This document shows positions 10,782-22,190 of a DNA stretch of 25,493 nucleotides, in pieces (the stretch's first letter is position 1; the number at the start of each line of letters is the position of its first letter). The notes beneath the pieces are model-generated. The model ran no database searches. It worked only from the letters and a program-made list of their open reading frames with translations, and was not told where the DNA came from. The stretch spans positions 1 through 25,493 of the forward strand of contig NW_021836040.1 in assembly GCF_006345805.1 (NCBI RefSeq), given 5' to 3'. The position numbers were made by a program, and so were the translations under genes. The stretch is from Octopus sinensis (Eukaryota).

Positions 10782-11304
10782 TTAATAATATTTACTGAAT
10801 CTCAGTCTTTTATGCGCTAAACCACTGGTGATATTAAATTAATATCCAATTTTTTCACCCTCATTTTGACTTTATATATAAGAATAGGTATTCAAAGAGC
10901 CAATCAGAAGTCACTGTAAGAATTGTGTCATATCATATACATAGAAGAAAGTGGAGAGGAAGAATATCTCTGGCACATGAGGTGCAGGATGAGTGCACGT
11001 ACTAGGCTTAGTGGCCGGCAAAGAGTAAGGGAACCCCACAATTAAATTAGCGGTTAAAAGTAGATTACTAAACATCATTAATATAGATTTCTCATTTCTC
11101 AACAGCACGAGGCAGCAAATTTCTGAAAGTAGTGTTATAGGAAATAAGATATTCGTTAGAAAAAGAAAAAGATTACGAAACATGGAAAAATAATTGCAAA
11201 CTGGCAATTCATTTCAAATTTCTCTTGCAAAACGTTTAAATAATATTTTTGTTTGTATTTCGAAAAAAGTAGTCAATTTGCAAATTACTTATAAATGTAG
11301 CTTC

Positions 11305-11430
11305 TATATATATACATTAGATACATACATACATACATGTATGCGTAAATACATACGCACACATGTATGTGTATATGTATTATATGTATATTTATGTATA
11401 TACATACATATATATGTATATAAATATAAA

Positions 11431-11466
<36 letters not shown>

Positions 11467-11834
11467 TACGTATGTATGTATATAAATATGAGGACATATA
11501 TATATGTATATATATGTCTATATATTTATGTATATATATATGCATAGATATATAGACATGCATACATATATGTATATATGTTTATATATATATAAGCATA
11601 TAAATATGTTTAAATACATGCTCATTTATACGCATCTATTTAATAATGTCTATTTATTTATATATATGCGTATATGTTGGAGAGAGAGGGAGAAGGAGAC
11701 GGAGAAGGAGAGAGAGAAAGGGGAGAGGGGGAAGGATAAAAGGAATAAGAGAGAAAAGGAAGGAGAAATAGAGGAAAGGAGAGAAAGAAGGAAGGAGAGA
11801 CAGGGAGAGAGGACGCGCGCGAGAGAGAAGGAGT

Positions 11835-11892
<58 letters not shown>
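11305..11892. repeat. Degenerate (TA/CA) tract, purine-rich tract and (GA)n
   Basis: Directly visible. Confidence 0.9.
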
Positions 11893-11897
<5 letters not shown>

Positions 11898-12460
11898 CTA
11901 GTTTGGTGTCCGGTTATCTATTTTGATTCCGAAAGCTACACAATTTTTACGAAATTTTGCAGAAATAGGTTTTTGTTGGAGTAGATTATAATTACGATGA
12001 TGAAATTTAGAAAAATAATATCTTATTTATTGCAACTGTACAAATGAATCATTTGTTTTATCCAATTTTATTCTCAAATTTATAAATATTCTTCTTTTGA
12101 AAATTAAAACGTATTTTGTCATTTTGTATAAGTAGCAAGAAATTTGATGAAAGTCAAATTATAATTATTACTTATACGGCATAGTTTCTGGTATTACCTA
12201 TTTTGGCAAAATTATACTTCCAAAGTTATTCTGCATGTAACGAGTAACATGTATGGAACACAGCAAACGGAAACCGTCGAAACACGACATGCGGAATAAA
12301 AGGACGATAGCACGACAATGGTAAACAAGATACACGGATCGTTCGCGGCCAATTGCCTCTTCAGTCGGAGTCCAGAATGTCTTTGCAGTTTCGTCCATTT
12401 ATCTCTGATAATATTCGAAACCGGCTGGGATAGGGACTTAAGCTAAAAGCATTACACCTC

Positions 12461-12617
12461 TGTTTCAGTTTCCGTCTACCAAATTCACTCACAAGGCTTT
12501 TGGGTTGGCTCGAGGCTATAGGTGGAGACACTTGCCCAAGGTGCCATGCAGCGGAACTGAACCCAAAACCATGTGGTTAGGAAGCAAGCTTCTTACCACA
12601 CAGCCACGCCTGCGCCT
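12461..12617 (-). mobile_element. 5' half of SINE family B
   Basis: tttcagtttccgtctacc...cacttgcccaaggtgcca...accacacagccacgcctgcgcc. Confidence 0.85.
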
Positions 12618-12625
12618 TTTATTTT

Positions 12626-12958
12626 TTACTTGTTTCAGTCATTAGACTGCGCCTTTAAGAATTTTTAATCGAATGAATCGACCCCCAGCACTTATTTTTT
12701 AAAGCCTAGTGCTTATTCTATCGGTGTCTTTTGCCGAACCGCTAAGTTGCAGGGACGTAAACACGCCAACACCAGTTGTCAAGTTGTGATGATGGGGTGA
12801 TAAACTCAGATACAAACACACACACACACACACACATATACGATGGGCCTGTTTCAGTTTCCGACTACCAAATCCATTCACAAGACTTTGGTCGGTCCGA
12901 GGCTATAGTAAAAGACACTTGCAAAAGGTTCCACGCACTGTGACTGAACCCGGAATCC
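12626..12958 (-). mobile_element. SINE family B copy lacking its 5' head
   Basis: Matches the other copies from tacttgtttcagtcat to gaacccggaa. Ends at the RTE LINE TSD. Confidence 0.85.
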
Positions 12959-12968
12959 TGTGAGATAT

Positions 12969-13696
12969 CATCTTGGCTCGGCTTCGCGAACGAAGATCAG
13001 GAAGGCTGTCCACGTCGCGTGCATGCACGCTCATGACTGACAAGTCCGATATGGGAAAGGCAGGTCCGTGAGCAGTGTCCACAGACGAAGGTAACATCCG
13101 GTGTGGTGTCAGAGGCGGCTCGCGCCTTCCTACTGCGTCTCTTGTCTTTAAGTGCATCTCTTCTTTGTTCCTCAGATTTGCTGACTGCGTTGAAGATTGT
13201 GTGGCGCGAGACATCACGGTCCGCAGCCAGGTCTGACCGACCAGCATAGGTGGTTAATTTGGCATGCTGTTAGAGACTTCTTGAGGCAGTCTTTGTAGCG
13301 CTTCCTCGGAGCTCCTCTCACTTGGTGGTCGGTAGAGAGTTCGCCAAGCAAGGCAATCTTTGGAAGGCGATGGTTCTCCATTCTGAAGACATGCCCTGCC
13401 CATCGGAGGTGGGACTTCAGTAGCATGGCTTCAATGCTGGGGATCTCGGCCCGCTCCAAGACCTCAATGTTTGTGACGAAGTCACTCCAGTGAATGTTGA
13501 GGACTGTGCGGAGACATCGCTGGTGGAAGCGCTCAAGGAGACGGATGTGACTGCGGTAAGTGATCCAGGTCTCTGAGACGTAGAGAAGAGTGGTGAGAAT
13601 CACGGCCCTGTAGACACTGATCTTTGTTTTGTTCTTCAGGCCACCATTGTGCCAAACACGTTTGTACAATCTGCCAAAGGAGCTATTTGCCTTAGA
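12969..13696 (-). mobile_element. 5'-truncated RTE-clade LINE (RT C-terminal region plus CCHC zinc finger)
   Basis: KANSSFGRL..VW...TKISVYRAVILTTLLY.SETW...RFHQRCLR...LRWAGHV.RM...RLPK. After a frameshift: SDLAADRD...FVCGHCSRTCLSHIGLVSHERAC, stop at 12999-12997. 10-bp TSD tgtgagatat at 12959-12968 and 13697-13706. Confidence 0.95.
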
Positions 13697-13803
13697 TGTG
13701 AGATATATATATATATTATATATATATACACATACAGTCCCTATTGAACACACTTAAACGGACTGTCAAACTCATATACACAATCATTCAGCTTATACAC
13801 ACT

Positions 13804-13834
<31 letters not shown>

Positions 13835-14450
13835 ATATGCTCAATCAGTTTAACTCAGTCAGACGCACACCTATATATAATATATCCGCTTAAACTCACG
13901 TCGCATGTACTCAGACACACATAGAAACATACGCGAACATACAAATTAAAGAGACAGTCGCCACTCGACAAGTAAAAAACAGTAATGTCTGACGACAAAA
14001 TGGCGACGGTCAACTCGCAGTTTATCGATCGAAAGAGGAGGCAATGAATTGGTGTGTCATTCACTTCCCGTATTTATCGAATTTCTGATGAAAAAGGAAA
14101 TGGAAAAAAAATATATGATAAAAATAAAAATATAAAATAGAGAAAGGTGTTTAAAAGAAGAAATGAATCTAATTAATAATAATATCGGAATAAAATGAAA
14201 TGATATAAAGAAAAGCCACCAATCAAATGAAGCAAAAATGCATAGAAAGAAATATAGGCAAAAGCGCCTCAAGTTATGGAAAACAAGCCAGAAGTGTCCG
14301 ACTGGTCGAGTGTGTTTAAGTACGTATGTGTATGAGTAAGTGTGAGTGTGTGACTGTGTTTGTGTGTGATTGTGTGTGTGTGCGGTTGAGTATATATGAG
14401 TGTGTGTATGGACATGCACGTGTGTGCGTGAGTGTTGGAATGTATGCATG

Positions 14451-14486
<36 letters not shown>

Positions 14487-14490
14487 ATAT

Positions 14491-14902
14491 AGGCGTAGGA
14501 GTGGCTGTGTGGTAAGTAGCTTGCTTACGAACCACATGGTTCTGGGCTTAGTCCCACTGCATGGCACCTTGGGCAAGTGTCTTCTACTATGGCCTCGGGT
14601 AGACCAAAGCCTTGTGAGTGGATTTGGTAGACGAAAACTGAAAGAAGCCCGTCGTATATATGTATATATATATATGTGTGTGTATATGTTTGTGTGTCTG
14701 TGTTTGTTCCCCCAACATCGCTTGACAACCGATGGTGTTGGATTTACGTTTCCGTAACTTAGCGGTTCGGCAAAAGAGACGGATAAAATAAGTACTAGGC
14801 TTCAAAAGAATAAGTCCTGGGGACGATTTGCTCGACTAAAGGCGGTACTCCAGCATGGCCGCAGTCAAATGACTGAAACAAGTAAAAGAGTAAGAGTAAA
14901 AG
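14491..14902 (+). mobile_element. Full-length SINE family B
   Basis: ggcgtaggagtggctgtgtggtaag head through gaaacaagtaaaagag tail, inside (TA)n. Confidence 0.95.
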
Positions 14903-14979
14903 ATATATATATATATGAATGTGTGCGCGAATGTATGTGCGTTTAAATACGTATATGTGTGTGTATATATATATATACC

Positions 14980-15360
14980 GTGGTGGTGCAATGACCCAGT
15001 GGATAGGGCAGCGGACTCGCGGTCGTAGGATCGCGGTTTCGATTCTCAGACCAGGCATTGTGTGTTTATTGAGCGAAAACACGTAAAGCTCCACGCGGCC
15101 GCGTCAGGGGGTGGTGGCGAACCCTGCTGTAACTTTGTCACCACAACTTCCTCTCACTTTTTCTTCCTGTTTCTGTTGTACCTGTATTTTAAAGGGCCAG
15201 CCTTGTCACACTCTCTGTCACGCTACATCTCCCCGAGAACTACATTAAGGGTACACATGTCTGCGGAGTATTCAGCCACTTGCACGTTAATTTCATGAGC
15301 AGGCTTCTCCATTGATCGGATCAACTGGAACATTCGTCGTCGTAACCGACGGAGTGCCAC
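14980..15360 (+). mobile_element. SINE with family C head and a different 3' half
   Basis: gcagcggactcgcggtcg...gagcgaaa.cac.taagctccacgcggc is shared with SINE C. It diverges after about 15160. Confidence 0.8.
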
Positions 15361-15361
15361 G

Positions 15362-15439
<78 letters not shown>

Positions 15440-15452
15440 ATATATATAATAT

Positions 15453-15897
15453 CATCGTCATCATCATCATCATCATTTAGCGTCCGCTTTCCATGCTAGC
15501 ATGGGTTGGACGGTTCAACTGGGGTCTGGGAAGCCAGAAGGCTGCACCAGGCCCAGTCTGATCTGGCAATGTTTCTACGGCTGTATGCCCTTCCTAATGC
15601 CAACCACTCCATGAGTGTAGTGGGTGCTTTTTACGTGCCACCGGCACAGCTGCCAGAAGAGTCTGGCAAACGGCCACGATCGGATGGTGCTTTTTATGTG
15701 TCATCGGCACAAGGGCCAGGTAAGGCTGGCAACGGCCACGAACGGATGGTGCTTTTTACGTGCCACCGGCACGAGGCCAGTCGGGGCGGCGCTACAGGTA
15801 CCAGACGAGTCTGGCAAACGGTCACGATCGGATGGTGCTTTTTATGTGCCACCGGCACAAGGGCCAGGCGAGGCTGGCAACGGCCACGAACGGATGA
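15453..15897 (-). mobile_element. Retroposon (SINE-like) 3' part with (GAT)n tail and internal ~62-bp tandem units
   Basis: Minus strand ggcacgtaaaaagcacccactacactc...ggttggcattaggaagggcat...ggacgctaaatgatgatg. Four repeats start at 15623, 15686, 15748 and 15834. Confidence 0.7.
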
Positions 15898-16437
15898 TAT
15901 CTATATGTATATTTATATGCGTGTGTGTAAACACGTCTGCGTGTGTATGTATGCCAACGTGTGTATAAGCGTTTAACTATATAAATGTGAGAGCGTTCAA
16001 TGATAATACATGGCGAGGAATGCGTTTATATGTTTTTGTGTTTGTATGTTATTACTCGTATGTTTGTACGGTGCTCTTCGTGTATATATGTGAGAGGCTC
16101 GCTGTATTTGTGTCTGTGTGTACGTGTGCGTGTATGTGGGGTGTGTGAGTGCGAATTTGGGATTTGAAGTACTCTGATAGATCGTGTTGGCTGTTATCTC
16201 GTAGTCGGAGAAAGTCGGTGGAAACAGGAAGGAAGGCAGCTAATAACATAACTCTTTAATCATATGAATTCACCAGTCATTCTTAAAATCCACCGCTTAC
16301 AAACTGTACGGACACACAGACGTACGTACGTGCTGAAATTGATGGCAGTGTTAAGTGCACACAGGCTTACAAGCATACACTACACACATAACACACGTAT
16401 ATACAGACACGCACACACGCTAACAGGAGCCGTCAGT

Positions 16438-16526
16438 TACACACACACACACACACACACATATATTCACATATACATGTGTGTGTGTGTGTGTGCATAT
16501 ATATGTATGTCTACGTATATATATAT

Positions 16527-16570
<44 letters not shown>

Positions 16571-16611
16571 ATATTTATAAGCATGTATATGTAAATATAT
16601 ATATGTATGCA

Positions 16612-16666
<55 letters not shown>

Positions 16667-16721
16667 CTATATATATATATATATAATATACACGTATATA
16701 TATATATATATATTATATATA

Positions 16722-16762
<41 letters not shown>

Positions 16763-16797
16763 AGCATGTATATGTAAATATATATATGTATGCAATG

Positions 16798-16857
<60 letters not shown>

Positions 16858-17110
16858 ATACACACATATTTTTACGGACAGAAAGAGAGAGAAAGAAAGG
16901 GGGAGAGAGAGAGAGAGAGATTTGTGTCGATACATATATACATGTATGCTTATATGTATGTTTTTATGTATGGTTTTATATGTATATATATATATATAAA
17001 CGCAAAAACATGTGTGTGTATATGTATATATATGTACATATGCATACATATATGCATATATGTATGTACGTATATATGTTCGCGCGCGCATGTGTATGTA
17101 AATGTGTGCG
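16438..17110. repeat. Long compound (CA)/(TG)/(TA)/(GA) microsatellite with an internal ~50-bp duplication (16571-16620, 16755-16804)
   Basis: atatttataagcatgtatatgtaaatatatatatgtatgcaatgtata occurs twice. Confidence 0.9.
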
Positions 17111-17242
17111 TGTGTTTGTATCATATTCTCATAGGAATGTATGCAAAACTCTGCATCAGTTTTCCCGTCTGTCTCTCTGATTTTGTATTAAAAACAAGGA
17201 AACAAAAACGTCAATGAAAAAAAAACAAACACTTTTTTCTTT

Positions 17243-17603
17243 ACCGCCGCCACCACCACCACCACCACCACCACCACCACCACTACCACCATCACCACCA
17301 CCATCACCACTACTACCACGACCACCACGGCCACCACAACCACCACGACCACGACCACCATCATCACCACTACTACCACCACCATCACCATCACCACCAC
17401 CACCACCACCACCACCACCACCACCACCACCACCACCACCACCACCCCACCACCACCACCACCACCACCACACCACCACCACCACACCACCATCGCCACC
17501 ACCACCACCACCACCACCACCACCACTACTACTATCACCACCACCACCACCACCACCACCACCACCATTAACACGAACAACATCAACAACAACAACAACA
17601 ACA
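17243..17603. repeat. (CAC)n trinucleotide repeat ending in (CAA)n
   Basis: Directly visible. Confidence 0.95.
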
Positions 17604-17799
17604 CTCCCCCCTCCTCAAACGAAATCCTTTTTGAAGCCTTTAGTTAGCCAACATTTTTCGAAATGGAAGCGAAACGGCAGCATTTCTATAAAGGAGTCGG
17701 TTTATGGTTTGTAATTCGCAAAGTAGGCAGTTTATGTACAACAGGTAAATCTTGTGTCAGTAAGTAATTCTCAACGGTCACTTGCAATCGTAAGTGCTG

Positions 17800-17800
<1 letters not shown>

Positions 17801-17852
<52 letters not shown>
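17801..17852. repeat. (CA)n microsatellite
   Basis: Directly visible. Confidence 0.95.
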
Positions 17853-17853
<1 letters not shown>

Positions 17854-18262
17854 TCACTCACTCACGATGTCTATTTGAGCGAGCAAGGATGGACGACGAT
17901 AAACATTTATTTATATCACGCAGTAGTGTACACATAAATAGATTCAATTACATGACCATTCCTGACCAGATATGTCCAGTTTAGTCCAGTTTTTATCAAT
18001 TGATATAGTTAGATGGACAATATTGAGCTTCAGGGTGGCCGTAGGTAAAAATCCAGAGATTTATGCAATATCTACGTATGTCTTTCACTAATGTTATTAG
18101 CGAAATGTAATAAAAATACTAAATAGCGAACATAGGTAATAAATGACTCCGCTTCACTATTGAAAACTAACTTATTACGATGTGGAGCCGGCCAAGCGCG
18201 AAAGACTGACAGAATTATTGGAGCATGGGATTAAAATACCTTAATATATTTTGTGTGTAGGA

Positions 18263-18486
18263 AGGCGGCGAGCTGGCAGAAACATTAGTACGTCGGGCGA
18301 AATACTTAGCGGTATTTCGTCTACCGTTACGTTGTGAGTTCAAATTCCGCCGAGGTCGACTTATCCTTTCGGGGTCGATAAATTAAGTACCAGTAACGCA
18401 TTGGGGTCGATGTAATCGATTTAATCCCTTTGTCTGTCCTTGTTTGTCCCCTCTTTGTTTAGCCCCTTGTGGGTAATAAAGAAATA
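18263..18486 (+). mobile_element. Full-length SINE family A (tRNA-derived; central part resembles the Meta-SINE domain)
   Basis: ggcggcgagctggcagaa head, B-box-like gagttcaaattc, atcctttcggggtcgataaattaagtacc centre. Confidence 0.9.
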
Positions 18487-18494
18487 TATTTTAT

Positions 18495-18792
18495 GTGCAG
18501 GCACATGGCCAAGTGGTTAGAGCAGCGGACTCGGGATCGCGGGTTCGAATCTCAGACCGGGCAGTGTGTGTTTATGAGCGAAACACCTAAGCTCCACGCG
18601 GCTCCGGCAGAAGGTAATGGCGAAATTCTGCTGACACTTTCGCCACAACTTTCTCTCACTCTTTCCTTCTGCATCTTGCAGCTCACCTGCGACGGACCGG
18701 CGTCCCGTCCAGGTGTGGAACCTATACGCCAAGGAAACCGGGAAACCGGCTCTTATGAGCCAGGCATGGCTTGAGAAGGAGCAAACAACAAC
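18495..18792 (+). mobile_element. SINE family C
   Basis: Matches 6217-6528. 12-bp TSD aatatattttat at 18483-18494 and 18793-18804. Confidence 0.95.
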
Positions 18793-18916
18793 AATATATT
18801 TTATACTGTATTTTCAGATTTTACGTTGTAAGTTCAAATCTCACCGAGTTTAGGTGTCTTTTGTCCTTCCGGTTTCAATAACACTGGTCAACAAAATTAA
18901 ATGTATTATATTCATT

Positions 18917-19112
18917 TACTTGTTTCAGTCATTTGACTGTGGTCATGCTGGAGCACCGCCTTTAGTCGAGCAAATCAACCCCAGGACTTATTCTTTGTAA
19001 GCCTAGTACTCATTCTATCGGTCTCTTTTTCCGAACCGCTAAGTGACGGGGACGTAAACACACCAGCATCGGTTGTCAAGCGATGTTGGGGGCGGACAAA
19101 CACAACACATAA

Positions 19113-19205
<93 letters not shown>

Positions 19206-19369
19206 CGACGGGCTTCCTTCAGTTTCTGACTACCAAATCCACTCACAAGGCTTTGGTCGACCCAAGGCTATAGTAGAAGACACTTGCCCAAGGTGCCACG
19301 CAGTGGGACTGAACCCGGAACCATGTGTTTCGTAAGCAAGCTACTTACCACACAGTCACCCCTACGCTC
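18917..19369 (-). mobile_element. Full-length SINE family B nested in the DNA transposon end
   Basis: Matches the other copies. Probable TSD tata(t/c)tcatt at 18907-18916 and 19370-19379. Confidence 0.92.
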
Positions 19370-19649
19370 TATACTCATTATCAATGCAAGCCAACTTTTT
19401 AAGACTAATTGTTCATGCTGATTTCAAAATTTCACTCCAATTGTATGCAGCACGTATCAATTTTTCAGTAGATACATGCAAATATTTACATATTTGTATA
19501 TATGAAATCATTAACGTAATAAATAAGGACATTATTTTTAGAAAGTAAATGAGTTTATTGAGTTAAAAATCATTAATATCATTCTACAATGAGTGAATAC
19601 ACACAAAAAAAATGGGTCAGGCAAAACAGACAAAGTTAGAACAACAGAG

Positions 19650-20063
19650 TTAGAAACATTGTGATTTGGATTTCCTGCGGTGTTCCTGATCTGGTTGATC
19701 ACAGTAAAGTGTCCAACAGTAGTCGGCCAGCATATTGTCATTCCAGAAGCTTTGGTACCGTTTCTCCATAGCACCAATGTCCTGGGGAAATCTTTCACCA
19801 TGTTCATCAGACACTGGTCCGAGGTCATCTGCGAAGAAATCCAAATGGGAGTACAAGAAGTGAACTTTCAGTGACATGCGACAACCCATTGCTGAGTAAC
19901 ATTTCAGAAAATTCTTGATGCCATCCTGGTAGTCCATTGTCTTCTTGTTGCCCAAGAAATGTTCACAGATCCAATTGAAAGTATTCCAGGCAAGCAGTTC
20001 CAGTTCATCCGGTGTTCTCTTGAAGTTGACATCTTTGAGTACTTCTCTAATTTGAGGTCCAAT
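19650..20063 (-). pseudogene. Transposase C-terminal fragment (Chapaev3-like)
   Basis: Open frame IGPQIREVLKD...AW..F...FLGNKK...MGCRMSLKVHFLYSHLDFF..DLG.VSDEHGERF.QDI..MEKRYQ..W...MLADYCW. Homology stops abruptly at 20063. Confidence 0.85.
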
Positions 20064-20110
20064 TTATCTGAAAATTGTTGGCCTTATGCAAAAATTTGAA
20101 ACCGTTATAA

Positions 20111-20220
20111 CAGTGGAGCCTTGGTTTACGAACGCCTCTCATCACGAACAAATCGGTTTACGAACAATTTTTCGAATATAAAACGTCTCGGATAACAAAC
20201 GGTGTCTCGTGTAGCGAACA
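20111..20220 (+). mobile_element. Tigger/pogo-like terminal fragment
   Basis: CAGTGGAGCCTTGGTTTACGAAC with reiterated ggtttacgaac/cgaaca motifs, typical of Tigger ends. No partner end found. Confidence 0.55.
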
Positions 20221-20452
20221 TTATTATTAGTTGTTGCTGACATTGGGTATGACTCACTTGTTTTTTTTTTTTGTGTCACTTTAAAAAATTTAGTTTAATG
20301 GAATTTGACGGAAAATCTTACTTTTTGGAATGTTTACGAATAAGGAACTCTAAAAAATTTTGAAATTTTGCGCTAACATCTCGTCGTAACCGATAAAGCT
20401 TGCTTCTATTTTTAAACGTAAATATTTATTTTTCGTGTTCTCATACATACAG

Positions 20453-20484
20453 CATCATCATCATCACCATCATCATCATCATCG

Positions 20485-20533
<49 letters not shown>

Positions 20534-20537
20534 AATC

Positions 20538-20577
<40 letters not shown>

Positions 20578-20654
20578 CCATCATCATCATCATCCATCAT
20601 CATCACCACATCATCATCATCATCATCACCACCATCATCATCATCATCATCACC

Positions 20655-20685
<31 letters not shown>

Positions 20686-20713
20686 CCATCATCACCACCA
20701 TCACCATCATCAC

Positions 20714-20745
<32 letters not shown>

Positions 20746-20852
20746 ACATCATCATCAACATCATCATCATCATCATCATCGTCATCGTCATCATCATCAT
20801 CATCATCATCACCACCATCATCATCATCATCATCATCATCATCACCACCACC

Positions 20853-20886
<34 letters not shown>

Positions 20887-20899
20887 CCATCACCATCAC

Positions 20900-20934
<35 letters not shown>

Positions 20935-20961
20935 ACAACAGCAGCAGCAGCAGCAGCAGCA
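20453..20961. repeat. (CAT)n repeat with CAC/CAA/CAG variants
   Basis: Directly visible, about 500 bp. Confidence 0.97.
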
Positions 20962-21428
20962 ATCAAGAAACCCCCTTGAACAAATGATGAACAAAACAGG
21001 ATTCATCAAAATGTGAACAGCCAAGAATGGACAAACAAACACATCTCTGTGAATGAAGAAGAAAATTATTCTCTGGAGACTGATAATATAAAAACTGAAT
21101 GTGGGTGATAACATCAGTAGTAGCAGCAGCGATAGTAACATCAGCTTTCGTACACACGCACATAAACGCTCACAAACACACATACAAACAGAAGCACATG
21201 TCCGGTGAGAATACACACAAAACTATTTCCCTAAATCTACGCAGAAATCTTGGTAAAATTACGTTGAATGCTATAAAACTTACTTATCTGATAAATACAT
21301 CCGAAACGTGGCCAAGATTACATATTTAAGTTTATTGACAAATGGTAGGGGGCCTCCGGTGATTCCAGAGTTGTGTCCCTCAGTGTTTGTTGAGAGAACG
21401 GCTTTACATCTGGTGGCACAAGGGAATA

Positions 21429-21668
21429 TGTCAAGCGGTGGTGGGGCAAACATAGACACAAAGGCACGCGCACACACACACACATACACATACACACACA
21501 CACACATATATATATGCGATGGGGCTTCTTTCAGTTTCCATCAACCAAATCCACTCACAAGACTTTGGTCGGAGACACTTGTTGCCCAAGGTGCCACGCA
21601 GTGGGACTAAACCCGGGACCATGTGGTTAGGAAGCAAGCTTCTTAACTACACTGCCACGCTCACGTCT
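21429..21668 (-). mobile_element. 5' part of SINE family B
   Basis: ggcttctttcagtttcc...tgcccaaggtgccacgcagtgggact. Confidence 0.85.
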
Positions 21669-21699
21669 ACTGTACACACATAAATTTTGACAGCAAAAT

Positions 21700-21747
21700 C
21701 TTATGTGGACCCCTATCGGCCATATGGACCCTGGTTGATAACCACTA
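21700..21747. mobile_element. Possible hAT (Charlie-like) MITE end
   Basis: tggaccctggttgataaccacta resembles GGTTGAGAACCACTG ends. Confidence 0.3.
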
Positions 21748-21795
21748 GTTTAGTCGATTCAATCAACCCCAGTACTTAACCGATACATTTAATTA

Positions 21796-21836
21796 CACTG
21801 GTCAACAAGTATTTTCACCTATGTCAAGGTGTACTT
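21796..21836 (+). mobile_element. Second Chapaev3-like terminus
   Basis: TTA|CACTGGTCAACAA, the same 13-mer as at 18882-18894. Confidence 0.65.
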
Positions 21837-21842
21837 AATGTA

Positions 21843-22190
21843 TTGGGTTGTCCGGAAAGTTAGTGCCGATTTTTAAAGGAAAGAAAAAGGTCAATAAATA
21901 CTCGCCATTACATTTTTAATCAACCAAATATGAACCATTTTATTGCACAATGCGTCTCCATCTTTCCTTTAACTTGAAAATACCCTCTTCCCAGAATTGA
22001 TGTGGTTTCATGGCAAAGAATTCATCAAGGTATCTTTTTACATCATCCAAGGAATTGAAATTTTTACCATTAAGACTATTCTGCAGAGACCTGAATAAGT
22101 GGAAATCCGAAGGAGCAATATCTAGTGAATATAGAGGGTGGGTAACACATCCCAACCGAGCTGCAACAATTTTTGTCTGGTTCCCAAAGC
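21843..22190 (-). mobile_element. Mariner transposon 3' fragment with TIR (pseudogene)
   Basis: TRQKLLQLGWDVL/HPLYSLDIAPSDFHLFRSLQNSL...FWEEGIFKLKERW...*NGSYLVD* (YSPDLAPSD-type motif; frameshift and premature stop). TA|TTGGGTTGTCCGGAAAGT terminus. Confidence 0.92.

Larger units (their letters stand above)
18882..20063 (-). mobile_element. 3' part of a Chapaev3-like (CMC group) DNA transposon, interrupted by a SINE B
   Basis: Terminus TAA|CACTGGTCAACAA at 18882. Transposase C-terminus at 20063-19650. Confidence 0.7.

Noticed and set aside
12335-12368. Minus-strand CTGAAGA-GGC-AATTG-GCC hammerhead
   Set aside because: Followed by GCGAAC rather than GAAA, and no stem I partner.
15623-15897. 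CRISPR array
   Set aside because: Eukaryotic context, no cas genes, spacers related to each other, embedded in a retroposon.
17214-17714. Formin/extensin-like poly-Pro ORF
   Set aside because: Translation of a (CAC)n microsatellite; no flanking domain or exon evidence.
20400-21016. Poly-His, poly-Asp and poly-Ile ORFs
   Set aside because: All frames are open only because (CAT)n lacks stops.
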